Below the pieces are notes generated by a model. The model saw only the letters and a list, made by a program, of their open reading frames with translations. It had not been told where the DNA came from and did not search any database. DNA of 63,286 bases, the filler included, from Octopus bimaculoides (lineage: Eukaryota): assembly GCF_001194135.2 (NCBI RefSeq). It is 7 parts of 5 records of this genome, joined end to end, with 100 filler letters (N's around TTAATTAATTAA, not from the genome) between each part and the next. Parts side by side here need not be neighbours in the genome. Positions count along the whole stretch, not along the records: positions 21,482 to 36,860 come from NC_068981.1; positions 36,961 to 54,007 come from NC_068981.1; 5 more parts are not named here. One strand, given 5' to 3'. The position numbers were made by a program, and so were the translations under genes. This document shows positions 25,271 through 37,607 of this stretch, piece by piece. Each line of letters starts with the position of its first letter. The first letter of the stretch is position 1.

Positions 25271-25517
25271 GAAAATATACGTATATTTTAATATGTATAT
25301 ATGTCCTGAAATGTATTTTTCTATTCATTTAGTTTCCCTTCTATATTAAGTTACACATCACTGAGCCAAGTTCATTGTGCAGTCTCGAAGAATTTTGATT
25401 TAGTTTGGCGAAAACTCTATTGATGCTCTCTGTTGCAACGAGTGTATATAGATTTAAGTAATTTGGAAATTTGAGATTTCATTGCGTTTTTACAACATAT
25501 TACTTTATTGATGGCAG

Positions 25518-25590
<73 letters not shown>

Positions 25591-25784
25591 GTCTGTCTGA
25601 CTGTCTGTCTACAGGATGGAATTTGAATTTATGTATATATATTTATTATTTATTATATATATATGTATATATGTGTATGTGCGTGTGCATATATATACAT
25701 ACGTGCCTTCATACATACATACACATACATACATGCAGACATACATACATTTATTTTACTGGTTTTACGATTTTAATATTTTCA

Positions 25785-27170
25785 GAGGTAGTGTGGGATG
25801 GAGTGACCTGGTGCGATACCGTATTTGTCAGGATCCTGATTGGAGCATGAAAATTTGCTCCTTTCAATTGAGAGATGATGCCTCAAATTGCTATCAGATA
25901 AGGTACTGTTTGGATGGTTGAAGTTGGTCATAACGTTTGAATGTTATGTCTATGTGGTTGTGTTGTAGAACGTGAAATATAATAATGTGATATTCCTGTT
26001 CGATATGATGTGAGTGTTTATTTAGTGATGGCTTGTAGTTTTTAAGAAACATATTTTCTTTATTTGTCAGTTTTTGATTTTTGATTTAGTTAGGACAAGG
26101 TTACAAAGTGAAGATTAGAATTTCTTATTTGTTCGCTGCGCATAAGTCTAAATGTTCACATAGTGAAATCTACCTGATATAAGGAACTCGTATTTCTTGT
26201 CTATAAATAATATTTTTTAAAAGTTAACTTTCGTTTGTTCTATACAAATTTTGTTACATCCATTACATTAAATAGTAAATTGTAAATTAAAATTTTTAAC
26301 GGAGAGGATTAGTGATTTTTTTTACAGTGAAAATGTCACGAATTAAATTTATAAGATGTCTCTATAAGTTTGCTGTCGGTTCCGCTGTTAAGGTGACCAC
26401 ACCTTTTCACTATTGGCGTTGTGTTTTTAGTGGATAATTTGGTACTGACGAGTAATTTTTGTAAGCTTTTTGGTTCTGTTTTGTTTTCAAATTTTTTGTT
26501 TGATATTTCGAGTCCTTTTTCATTCTTGGGTCATGCTTCAGTAAATGGAATGTTTTGATGGATAATGCTTCTTTTCTCTGTATTTCTTGGGTTGTGTGTT
26601 GTGTTATAAGGTAGAGTATAATGGCGAATTCGAATTGTTTTTTATTCTTTGTAATTTTTAAACGTCTATTGTTCTAACCACGTTTTGTTCCGTTGTCGAT
26701 AAAACTTTGTTAGATATTGTCTTTCAAGTATTATTCGTTTTAATTGTTGGAGGTTTTTATTTCGTGTTTCAAAAGTTTAAATGATTGATCATATTCTTCG
26801 TGTTACATTTAATGCTATATTTGTTTTGGTATGGTTTGAGTGGGAAGGAGTAAATAATAAGTAAACAATAAATATTGCTTTGAGCCTGTCGGTTTGTAGT
26901 GAATGTCTGTTCCGATGTTTGTGCCTTTTTCGATAATCAATTATCCTGCAAGGTTAATTGATTATGACTATTCTCCGCTGTGACCTATATAGTGTTGTTT
27001 ATGTTATGTTACTAATTAGGTATTTGAAATCATTAAGTTAGTCCTGACTGTGGGTCCAAAAACTAAGGCATTCATCAGCGTAAGGTTTCCAGTTGGCTTT
27101 TTAAAAGACTCCAAGTGCATTTTCAACTATTTTGTTTATACCGCCTTGCGCATGAAAACAACATATTTTC
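25785..27170 (-). mobile_element. Decayed Penelope-like element (RT plus GIY-YIG endonuclease remnant)
   Basis: Minus strand: [17 protein letters not shown] (RT YxDD region, about 27040-27095), TDIHYKPTGSKQYLLF (PLE thumb motif), NLQFTI*CNGCNKICIEQT (GIY-YIG, about 26232-26290) and RQEIRVPYIR*ISLCEHLDLCA. Confidence 0.85.
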
Positions 27171-27190
27171 TTGTACACGCACATACACGT

Positions 27191-27252
<62 letters not shown>

Positions 27253-27334
27253 TATATATATATACACATATATATATACACACGCACACATATATATATA
27301 CATTTATATACATACACACACACACGCACGCACG

Positions 27335-27366
<32 letters not shown>

Positions 27367-27498
27367 TGCATATTGCTAACAAGCAAACCTTATTATTTAT
27401 AATCTACACCTTTACCATTTATGAAACCAGCGTATGATTTCGACGGTGATCTTATAAGCTGACAAGGCTAGTTGAGTTTAATCCAAGGCGTCGGTGAG

Positions 27499-27547
27499 AG
27501 CTACTGACGAGCATTAATGCAAATGCGAAATCACTGGTTATCTAGTT
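27499..27547 (+). ncRNA. Type I hammerhead ribozyme-like motif (core intact)
   Basis: AGCUA CUGACGA GCAUU-aaugca-AAUGC GAAA U-cacugguu-A UC|UAGUU. Stem I 5 bp, stem II 5 bp, stem III 2 bp, AUC triplet at 27540-27542. Confidence 0.7.
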
Positions 27548-27809
27548 ATGCCCGGTGCTTAGAGAGCTTGCCTCTCTTGTCCGTAAATAAGACAGCTCGT
27601 TATTATGGCTATGAGTTGTTTTAACACTTGAGACTGTCAGAATGATGTGGACGCCTAAAATTCCCGTTGACAGGTCGCTGGTTTTTATAGAGTGTTAACA
27701 CTCTCAGTATGCAAATTAGGGACTCCTACATAGAGTAACTGCTGCATTTGTTGACTATATAAACAGTTTCGCTGCTTGCTTCACTGGAGACTGTCAGAGT
27801 GATGTGGAC

Positions 27810-27852
27810 GCCTCTGACGAGAACCCAATGAGGTTTGGGAATAGGTTAAGGT
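27810..27852 (+). ncRNA. Degenerate copy of the 28116-28158 hammerhead
   Basis: GCCU CUGACGA GAACC-caauga-GGUUU GGGA AUAGG UUA|AGGU. GAAA has changed to GGGA and the stem III palindrome is broken. Confidence 0.55.
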
Positions 27853-28115
27853 TGTTTATCATTTTTTTTCATTCTGCAGAGAAATGGCTAAAATTTGCCC
27901 TGTTTATAATTATACCATATGTTACATATTTATTATATCATACCTTCATACTGTGTGGACTAAGATCCCCGTTGACAGGCCGCTGGTATTTATAGAGTGT
28001 TAAACAATTTCAGTATGCAAATTAGGGACTCCTTCATACAGTAACTACTGCATTTGTTGAGTATATAAACAGTTTGGCTGCTTGTTTCTCTGGAGACTGT
28101 AAGAATAATATGGGC

Positions 28116-28158
28116 GCCTCTGATGAGAACCCAATAAAGTTTGAAAATCGATTAAGGT
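28116..28158 (+). ncRNA. Minimal type I hammerhead ribozyme with palindromic stem III
   Basis: GCCU CUGAUGA GAAC-ccaauaaa-GUUU GAAA A-UCGA-U UA|AGGU. All core nucleotides are present, stem III is the perfect palindrome AAUCGAUU, and the UUA triplet is at 28152-28154. Confidence 0.8.
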
Positions 28159-28191
28159 TGTTCATCAATTTCTTCAATCGGCAGAGAAATA

Positions 28192-28449
28192 CTCTTTCTC
28201 TTTTACATGTTTCAGTCATTTGACTGCAGCCATGCTGGAGCACCGCCTTTAGTCGAGCAAATCGACCCCAGTACTTATTCTTTGTAAGCATAGTACTTAT
28301 TCTATCGGTTACTTTTGCCGAACCGCTAAGTTACGGGGACGTAAACACACCAGCATCGGTTGTCAAGCGATGTTGGAGGGATAAACACAGACAAACAAAC
28401 ACACACACATGTATATACATATATACGACGGGCTTCTTTCAGTTTCCGT
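28192..28449 (-). mobile_element. 3' part of the tRNA-derived SINE (family of 62436-62809), running into an N gap
   Basis: Near-identical to the reverse complement of 62550-62800. Confidence 0.9.
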
Positions 28450-28657
28450 NNNNNNNNNNNNNNNNNNNNNNNNNNNNNNNNNNNNNNNNNNNNNNNNNNN
28501 NNNNNNNNNNNNNNNNNNNNNNNNNNNNNNNNNNNNNNNNNNNNNNNNNNNNNNNNNNNNNNNNNNNNNNNNNNNNNNNNNNNNNNNNNNNNNNNNNNNN
28601 NNNNNNNNNNNNNNNNNNNNNNNNNNNNNNNNNNNNNNNNNNNNNNNNNNNNNNNNN

Positions 28658-28689
<32 letters not shown>

Positions 28690-28802
28690 CATATATAAAT
28701 ATATATAATCATATAAATGATCAGTAAAATTAATAATAACAAACACCAAGAAGACGTGCATATGGAATGTATTAACTAGTTTGACGTCCAGTGAAAAGAG
28801 AG

Positions 28803-28838
28803 TTTGTAACGTTTCGAGCGTAGCTCTTCATCGGAAAG
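28803..28838 (-). ncRNA. Minimal hammerhead-like motif in a short PLE-type repeat (U4 changed to C, weak stem I)
   Basis: CUUU CCGAUGA A GAGC-uac-GCUC GAAA CG UU ACAAA. Same family as the 58.2 and 60.56 kb motifs. Confidence 0.5.
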
Positions 28839-29749
28839 AGAAAAATGGAAAAGTGAAAAGTCCAAAGAAGGAAAAAATCACTAACAGCACGTGTGTAGTT
28901 ACATGTTTGTGTGTGTGAGTGTGATCCGCAGTAACTAGTGACACTATGTGGGAATAGTGTACAATAAGTTAGAATGAATGCATAAATCTGTTTGGGGGTA
29001 AAAGAAAACCTCCTAGTGGTATGTTTGCAATCGTCTCCAAGTAATTCTTTTGCAACTGTACAGGAGGACACTGTCGAAGGAACCTTTATGTAGTTGTTAG
29101 ATCTACTAGAAACAGCAGCCAAATATCTCTTTCTTAAATTACACTCATTTTTCTAAACAGAATTCATTGAATTATAGATTCCAGTATTGCTGTAAAGGAA
29201 AAACAGTTACGAGGAAACTGCAAAAGCGCTTGTGTAGCGGTAGTTCTTAAATAGTCTTGTTTCTGTTCTGCTTTCGCGCAGTGGGACTGAACCTGAAATC
29301 ATATAGCTGCAAAGCGAGTTTCTTAACCATATAGCCATACCAGCGCCTATTGTAAAGGAATTTTGATTTTATAAGAATTTGAAGCGTAGTTCAGTCAGCC
29401 GTGTATAGTCTAAGACAAAAAAGTATTTTTGCAAATGGTGCTCACTTCGTATTAGCTTATACCACGATCTGTTGAGATAATCTTGACAAGTTAAAATCAA
29501 CAGATTATAACACAATTTTTTCCCATTTTGCAGAGTAACTTTACATCACATAAAAACTACTTCATTAAATGTAAAAACAAAGCTTAAAAGCCTTAATTTT
29601 GCATGTATTATACAATTTAAATACCTGGAAATATAAATTCGTTTTCACTAACTTATGCCACTTATCATTTTAGCTTTATTTTTAGACTATTAATGAATTT
29701 TTGTTATTATATACAATTGAAAATACTTCCTCGTGGATAAACAGTTGAA

Positions 29750-32745
29750 TCTTTCAAAGGGAACACAGCAGAGAACAATGATGAAGTAATACTTCCTGAA
29801 GAACTTAGATGCTCTAACACAAAGTGGAAAAAGAACGTGAGTATAAAAACTAAAGAATTATACACACAATAAAAGAAGAATTACAACGGTTTTTTGGTGC
29901 AGAATGGATTTAGTTTTGCTCTTAGGTATGTAAAGCAAAAATTAATCCATATTTTGTGAAAAAAAGGACGAAGCCTGCTAAATTGAAAAGGTATCTTGAT
30001 ATTAGATTTGTTTCCTGTGCAGAGGCAAATCTTAAACTGTTTTTTGAAAGAATTCTGAAATCTTCGGAAGGACAAAAATAATTTTCTGAAAAACATATAC
30101 TGGTTCAAGAAAAATGCTTAAGAGCATCACACGAAGCCTCATACTTAATTAGAAAAGTTAATAAAAAATACACCATTGGTAAATATCTTGTGTTGCCAAG
30201 GGGTGGGTAAATCATTGAAATTATTCACGGAAGATCGTTGCTGGTAAAATAAGAAAAATTCCTCTGTCGAATCATATGGTACGTAAAAGGATTGATGAGA
30301 TTAGCAATAACCAATTTTTGTAACATTGAAAGAATTACAGGAAATACTAAATTTGCGATTCTGTCGAACGAATCAACCGACGTCAGAAAAGCGACTCAGT
30401 TATTGGTATTTATCTGACGACAATATGAATACCGCGTGCACAAGGATTTACTGCTTTGTCGATCACTAGATGGACGTAAAACAGGTGGAAAAGGTTTTTC
30501 AAAGTGAGCTTTTTTTTTTTTTTAAGAAAATAGGTTTGGAATAGAATATTTATCTTGGTGTATGTACAGATCAAGCAACAGCAACGACAGAAAAAACGTT
30601 GGAGTTCAAGGCAAAGATAAATTTGCAAGTGATGCACCTATCATATTTGCTCAATGCAGGATTCCTCGAGAATCATGCATTGTAACAAAAAATTCTTTAG
30701 AACTAAGTGCAGTAACACACGATAAAGTTATATTTGCTTCATTCGTTTATTCCGAAGGAAAGAGATGTACTCTTCGTTTACGTTGATCTTCTGAAGCCGT
30801 TGAGATCGAGGCTGTAAGGTTCGGCATGAATTGTTGCAAATGGACGGTTGCAAGAAAAACGTGCAAGGAGCGAATTCCATGGAGCTGGGCAGAACAGGGT
30901 AAAGAGGTTAATGCGTGCTCAAGAGTTGTTGGATACAAATGGGCGGTGAGAATGAGTCGGTGTGTAGCTGTGTGAAAGCGACAAGAAGGCCAGTTAGTTC
31001 CGAATGATAGAAAAGGCAGTGAGAGGAGACACTACGTTTGTGGGTCAGATGGTGGAGTGTGTTAGTGAATGACTATAAGTCAATCAGTCAAATAACTTTT
31101 CTATGGACGTAGTCAATAATGTCTATGAATGTAGCAACAAAACCATCCCAGATGCAGGAGCATTACTCTATCATATGTCTCACATGAGCTTTGTAAAGGG
31201 ATATAAAACATTCTTTGCTATATTTCCAGGAGAGATCCTCGGTGATAGTGAAGGGGCTTAAAAAGGTCATGAGGGTTTCAGGTGCCTGCGGTTCATATTT
31301 AAAAGAAGGGCATGAGGTGCAATAATGTTTTCTTATATACGATGATTGTATATTTTTGCTGGTGAAAGAGACAAGATTGGTATCATCCCATTTTGCCGTC
31401 TCTGTTCATGGAGTTGGTACAAATTATACGTTGTGTCAATGCTGTATGTGGATTACGCTTAGGTGCAGAAGGATGGCGGGGTATATAGGATGATATCATC
31501 TGTGTAAGAGTAAGCCTTGTAGGAGATGATAGCAAATAAGTTGGTGATGTATAGGAGGAAGAGTATAAGAGCCTGCTGAATTCTGGATAAGCCAGAGTTA
31601 CCGATCTTAGAGGAGGAACGGATGGAACCCATAGATAAGCAGTTTTGACAAGAGATTTGAATGTCTAAAAAGTTTTAAAATTTGCTGATGACCTTGGCAT
31701 CAAAAGATTTCTCAAGGGTGACAACTCATTGGCAAGGGAACATCAGAGAGTTGGTCTCCAGCAGATTTGGTTGTACAAACACGATAAGCTTTACTGGTAG
31801 TTACTAAGGAAGGGAGATAAATTCAAGATGTTGAAGAAACTGTAGCTAAATTGAGTAACTTCACTAAAAATCACTCATTGATGGGCTTTTTATTCGAAAA
31901 CCTATGCTAGTATATGAGATCTGATCTCAGCATACTTTTACTGCGAATAGAAGAATGATGACTGTAAAAAATAAAAAGCTAAAAAACGAGTAATCGTTTT
32001 TAAAAATGAAGTAATGTTGGTTTTGTCAGAAAAGAACTCAAATTTTGCATAATTCTTTCATGATGAGAATTGGCTTTAAAATCATTCTGTTTGTCAGACA
32101 ATTGAGATGCTTAATGAACTGAATGCTTCTGCGCGAGGAAAAACAAAAAGTGTCACTATGAGAGGTAAAATTAAAGCATTCAGGAACAAATAAATCTATG
32201 AAACCTGCAGTGTAAAATAATAAATTTGAAACGATTTTATATACTGATGGTTTTGCCTGTGAAAATGATATGACTTATAATTCGATGAATTAGCTCATAA
32301 TAAAGGAATTAACATATCTCGAAAACAGTTCCGCAAATATTTTCTTTCAAACATCGAAAATTGTAAATTATATCGGATTAAAATACCATTACCTACAGCA
32401 TTGGAACAGGTGAAATATCTTTCTTTGAAAGATCAAGATGAATTTGCAGAGCAGTTATGCGATTGGTGTCTCAAAACAGATATTTTAAAAAGAAATTCGA
32501 TCTTTTTTCTCTTTTTACTGAATGTAAAATCAGAATTTCCAGTAACATCTAAATTAGTAATGACAGCTGTTCTACCGTTTCCTTCCATACATTTAAGGGA
32601 ACCTGCATTTTCTAACTTTAACTGCATTAAAGATAAAATATCTATCAACTATTAAGAACGTAGAGATTCTGTTAAGAATTTCACTGACAAATTTCAAGTT
32701 AGATTTTGATGCATTGTACGGAAACAGCCACACCCATTCCATTCA
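29750..32745 (+). mobile_element. Decayed hAT (Charlie/Buster-like) transposase, interrupted at about 30730-31830
   Basis: KPAKLKRYLD, LSNHMVRKRIDEIS, FAILSNESTDVRKATQLLVFI, DLLLCRSLDGRKTG, YLGVCTDQAT and C-terminal ..HLREPAFS..RKQPHPFH. Many stops; no TIR found. Confidence 0.9.
30770..31825 (-). mobile_element. 5'-truncated LINE RT fragment (CR1/L2/Jockey-like) nested in the hAT
   Basis: SGLSRIQQALILFLLYITNLF, SYKAYSYTDDIILY (YTDD at 31495-31506) and LYKAHVRHMIE*CSCIWDG. Confidence 0.8.
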
Positions 32746-32822
32746 GGTTATACATTCAATACATACATACATACATACATACACACATACATACATGCAT
32801 GCACGCACGCACATACACACAC

Positions 32823-32872
<50 letters not shown>

Positions 32873-32877
32873 CTTAA

Positions 32878-33150
32878 AGATAGGGCAGCGGACTTGCAGT
32901 CAGAGGATCGAGGTTTCGATTCACAGACCGGGCGTTGTGTGTGTTTATTGAGCGAAAACACCTAAAGGTCCACGNNNNNNNNNNTTTCGCCCCAGCTTTC
33001 TCTCACTCTTTCCTCCTGTTTCTTGAGTAAAGCTGCGATGAACTGGCGTCCCCTCCAGCTGGTGGTGGTGGGGGGGGGCATACGCCACAGAAACCGGGAA
33101 ACCCGGCCCATGAGCCTCGCTAGGCTTTAAAAGGGCGCATAATAAGAAAA
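32878..33150 (+). mobile_element. tRNA-derived CORE-type SINE
   Basis: tRNA-like head TAGGGCAGCGGACTTGCAGTCAGAGGATCGAGGTTTCGATTC, then CTGCGATGAACTGGCGTCCCCTCCAG and GCCACAGAAACCGGGAAAC, which resemble CORE-superfamily sequence. Confidence 0.65.
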
Positions 33151-33199
33151 AAATATCTTAAAGCAATAAATTTAAAGTCTGGTCATAGAGTGACCAATG

Positions 33200-34230
33200 G
33201 TTTTGCATCCACGAAAGCCACTGCTTTGTGGACAGCTCATCAGACTCTATACAAAAACAAATTTAACTCTTCAGCTCTCGGAAGTGGAAAATTGTTACGG
33301 TCAATTGGTCAAAAAGCCATCAGAAAATGAAAGTTCCGGTGCTGGCGAGGGCGGTTTGTCTCCCCTAGACCAGCCAGTATTGAGAAATAGAGATCCATCT
33401 CGTGGCCTTCTAACAGATCGAAAGGACTCTTACGAGCTTAATCAGCGAACGGAAATCCCAATTTTGCAGCAAGCAGCGTTGGGAATGGATACATTGAGTG
33501 AATATTTCTTGACGAATATTCAGCGAGCCAGGCTTAATAGAGTCTTTAAGTATTCTGGCTCGCTCAGCTATGCAGAGCTTTCAGCGCCCGCTGCCGTTGG
33601 TTTAGGACTGTTCTAAGATCTCCCATTTGATATCGTAAAAGGTCCTTTGATCTTTGAGGTGGTATACATTGTTGGCCAGGGATGTGACGAATCGTCTTTC
33701 TGGGACCGTGAAGGATGACTGGTGGTTGGACAAGCGTCGCTTGAAAGTCGTGCTGGCCGATCGGATGTATTTACAGGTTTGGGTCCTGACTGTGTTCGCA
33801 TTACTGGTGCATCTCTGGTTGGCTCCGGGCCTAGGGATGTTGTTGTTGTCACCGGTGTTATTGGGGCTGCCTTCAGTGCTGCTATCATTATACGCGCAGG
33901 TTCGGTGGTGCTGCCGTGGCTGTTGTCGCTGCGGTTGTTATTGGTCCTGGTCGTCCCCGGTCGTAGGGTTGGCCCTGTTGCTGCCGTTGGTGATGTAGGT
34001 ACCATTGCTGGTAATGTAAGGTGTGGGGCCGGTTACTTCATTGTTGCCGTTGTTATCGGTCTGGTTATCCTCTCCGGCTGTAACGTTGGTGGTACTGAGG
34101 TCGTTGGCGTCAGTGCTGGTGTTTCCGCCGTTGTCGCTGCTTCCGATGCTGTCGTTGTTGTTGGATGACACGTAGCTGCCAATACTGTGGCCACTAGACC
34201 TGGTTGTCACCACAGCTTCATAGATGACTC
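33200..34230 (-). pseudogene. GC-rich, coding-like degenerate segment (Thr/Pro/Ala-rich), unassigned
   Basis: Long frame ...TTTTASEAATTAETPALTPTTSVPP...MK*PAPH...MVPTSPTAATG...NGRS* with one internal stop. GC is well above the flanks. No recognisable domain. Confidence 0.3.
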
Positions 34231-35225
34231 CTATATATATATATATANNNNNNNNNNNNNNNNNNNNNNNNNNNNNNNNNNNNNNNNNNNNNNNNNNNNN
34301 NNNNNNNNNNNNNNNNNNNNNNNNNNNNNNNNNNNNNNNNNNNNNNNNNNNNNNNNNNNNNNNNNNNNNNNNNNNNNNNNNNNNNNNNNNNNNNNNNNNN
34401 NNNNNNNNNNNNNNNNNNNNNNNNNNNNNNNNNNNNNNNNNNNNNNNNNNNNNNNNNNNNNNNNNNNNNNNNNNNNNNNNNNNNNNNNNNNNNNNNNNNN
34501 NNNNNNNNNNNNNNNNNNNNNNNNNNNNNNNNNNNNNNNNNNNNNNNNNNNNNNNNNNNNNNNNNNNNNNNNNNNNNNNNNNNNNNNNNNNNNNNNNNNN
34601 NNNNNNNNNNNNNNNNNNNNNNNNNNNNNNNNNNNNNNNNNNNNNNNNNNNNNNNNNNNNNNNNNNNNNNNNNNNNNNNNNNNNNNNNNNNNNNNNNNNN
34701 NNNNNNNNNNNNNNNNNNNNNNNNNNNNNNNNNNNNNNNNNNNNNNNNNNNNNNNNNNNNNNNNNNNNNNNNNNNNNNNNNNNNNNNNNNNNNNNNNNNN
34801 NNNNNNNNNNNNNNNNNNNNNNNNNNNNNNNNNNNNNNNNNNNNNNNNNNNNNNNNNNNNNNNNNNNNNNNNNNNNNNNNNNNNNNNNNNNNNNNNNNNN
34901 NNNNNNNNNNNNNNNNNNNNNNNNNNNNNNNNNNNNNNNNNNNNNNNNNNNNNNNNNNNNNNNNNNNNNNNNNNNNNNNNNNNNNNNNNNNNNNNNNNNN
35001 NNNNNNNNNNNNNNNNNNNNNNNNNNNNNNNNNNNNNNNNNNNNNNNNNNNNNNNNNNNNNNNNNNNNNNNNNNNNNNNNNNNNNNNNNNNNNNNNNNNN
35101 NNNNNNNNNNNNNNNNNNNNNNNNNNNNNNNNNNNNNNNNNNNNNNNNNNNNNNNNNNNNNNNNNNNNNNNNNNNNNNNNNNNNNNNNNNNNNNNNNNNN
35201 NNNNNNNNNNNNNNNNNNNNNNNNN

Positions 35226-35308
35226 NGACACTTGCCCAAGGTGCCACACAGTGAGACTGAACCCGGAACCATGTGACTGGGAAGCAAGCTTCTTACCACA
35301 CAAGCCAA
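35226..35308 (-). mobile_element. SINE head; the rest is in an N gap
   Basis: Reverse complement of GACACTTGCCCAAGGTGCCACACAGTGAGACTGAACCCGGAACCATGTG matches 62440-62500. Confidence 0.85.
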
Positions 35309-35875
35309 ATGGGCTGCATTCTTTCTTTACCTATTGAATTTGATAAACAGTGAAAGAGGAACGCGAGGAAATTGGCCTCATAAAAGGAAGTCTTGAAAAG
35401 AAAAAAAATTTAAGAAGGAATAATTTAGAGTACAGTATAGTTTCGCCATTAATTTTCCCATGTGACACCGCATGTTAAAATGTCTTCCGTGTATCAACCA
35501 TCCCTTTTTTTTTTTTCGCTCTTCTCATCTTCTCAGTATATTTCTGTTATCTTCTTTAGAGATACACTTTTCTGTCATCTAGATTCGCTGATAGGCGCGT
35601 GGTTTTGCACACGCGAACACACGCCTATCGGCGTACGCACAAAACATTTTCATACACGCACACTCACACATGCAAAACATAGCACACAGACATAATCCAT
35701 CATCTCTTTCCTCAAACATATAAGAGTATAATCATAGTTACACATCTATACATACAGACATATAAACACACATTTACGTACGCACGCGCATAAAATCAGC
35801 ACACATGCAAATCACATGCACACTTTCAGTATGCTATATATGTGTATATATGTGTATATGTTTGTAAGTATATGC

Positions 35876-35931
<56 letters not shown>

Positions 35932-36960
35932 NNNNNNNNNNNNNNNNNNNNNNNNNNNNNNNNNNNNNNNNNNNNNNNNNNNNNNNNNNNNNNNNNNNNN
36001 NNNNNNNNNNNNNNNNNNNNNNNNNNNNNNNNNNNNNNNNNNNNNNNNNNNNNNNNNNNNNNNNNNNNNNNNNNNNNNNNNNNNNNNNNNNNNNNNNNNN
36101 NNNNNNNNNNNNNNNNNNNNNNNNNNNNNNNNNNNNNNNNNNNNNNNNNNNNNNNNNNNNNNNNNNNNNNNNNNNNNNNNNNNNNNNNNNNNNNNNNNNN
36201 NNNNNNNNCATACATACATATATGTATGTATATATACGTATATGTATATGCGTACATGCTTACGTACATACGTTTATATGTATGTATGCATCTATGTATG
36301 TATAAAGGAGATATATAAAATGATTGCAAGAATAAAAAGCGAGAAGACGAGAAAACAAAAAAAAACAAACATCAAAACATCAAAAAGATGAACGAAGACG
36401 ACATATGGGAAAAAGAAAAGAAAAGATGAAAGACAAAATATTTTCTTGAGTTAATTTTACTCTGAATATTGATAGACAACAATAAGAAAATGAATAAATA
36501 TCAGTTAAGTAGAAGCTAAGGCCGAAGGAATATGGAAATGAGACAAGTTGTGAACAGCAAAGATGAAGCAAAACAAGATTATAACAAGGTTAAAGAATGC
36601 TACGGAAACCAAACGGACATTCGGGATTGGTTGTTTAGACAGATTGTCAGTTGTTAGGGTCAGCTGAAAATTTTGGCCACTGCCTCTCCTCTTGTCATAG
36701 CCTCCATATCCTACCTAACCAACTCCAAGAATACTGCCAAATAGTTAGCGAAACAACCGACTAGCTGACCAGCCGACCGACCGACCACCGCCGCCACCAG
36801 TACCAGCACCACCAGCACCACCATCACCACCACCACCACCGCGGCCACCACCGCCGCCACNNNNNNNNNNNNNNNNNNNNNNNNNNNNNNNNNNNNNNNN
36901 NNNNTTAATTAATTAANNNNNNNNNNNNNNNNNNNNNNNNNNNNNNNNNNNNNNNNNNNN

Positions 36961-37004
<44 letters not shown>

Positions 37005-37315
37005 CACATTCGCAAGGTTCCAATCTACCTCATTTGACTCTAAATACGTATACTGGACAATTAAAATTATAATGGAAGACATGTACCCACTGATCCGTGG
37101 TGTGGAATAGAACTCCTACCCCCGTGGTTTCAAAGTGAACTTCTGTCACACTTTTACAAGACAAATTGTGACAGTGACTTCGAAGTTTCGGCAAGCTAAA
37201 GCATCGCCGAATGTTAGTATTGGCATTAAGTTAGTATTGGCTGAATATAGTCTCCTTTAAGATTAAAATTTTATGGAGTATATGTGGGTTGGTTGATATA
37301 TATATATAGTGTGTT

Positions 37316-37355
<40 letters not shown>

Positions 37356-37557
37356 CTCTTTATATGTAGATTAACCGGGTTACCTTTGGCTTCATGTTTA
37401 GAGAGATATCACTTTACAATTATCAAGCCTGTTACATGGAACGTTGATATTCGTCTCCATCTGAGATATCTTTATTATCATGAAACCAATGATAGTAGGG
37501 TTCACCTACAAATAAAGAATAATTATCCAGCAATGCAGTGTTCAGCTGTCACACTGT

Positions 37558-37607
<50 letters not shown>

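Larger units (their letters stand above)
27630..28190 (+). repeat. Tandem repeat of about 306 bp carrying hammerhead motifs (retrozyme/pLTR-like), truncated by a SINE
   Basis: CCCGTTGACAGG.CGCTGG...GGAGACTGT...GCCTCTGA.GAGAACCCAAT occurs twice, 305-306 bp apart. Confidence 0.9.
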
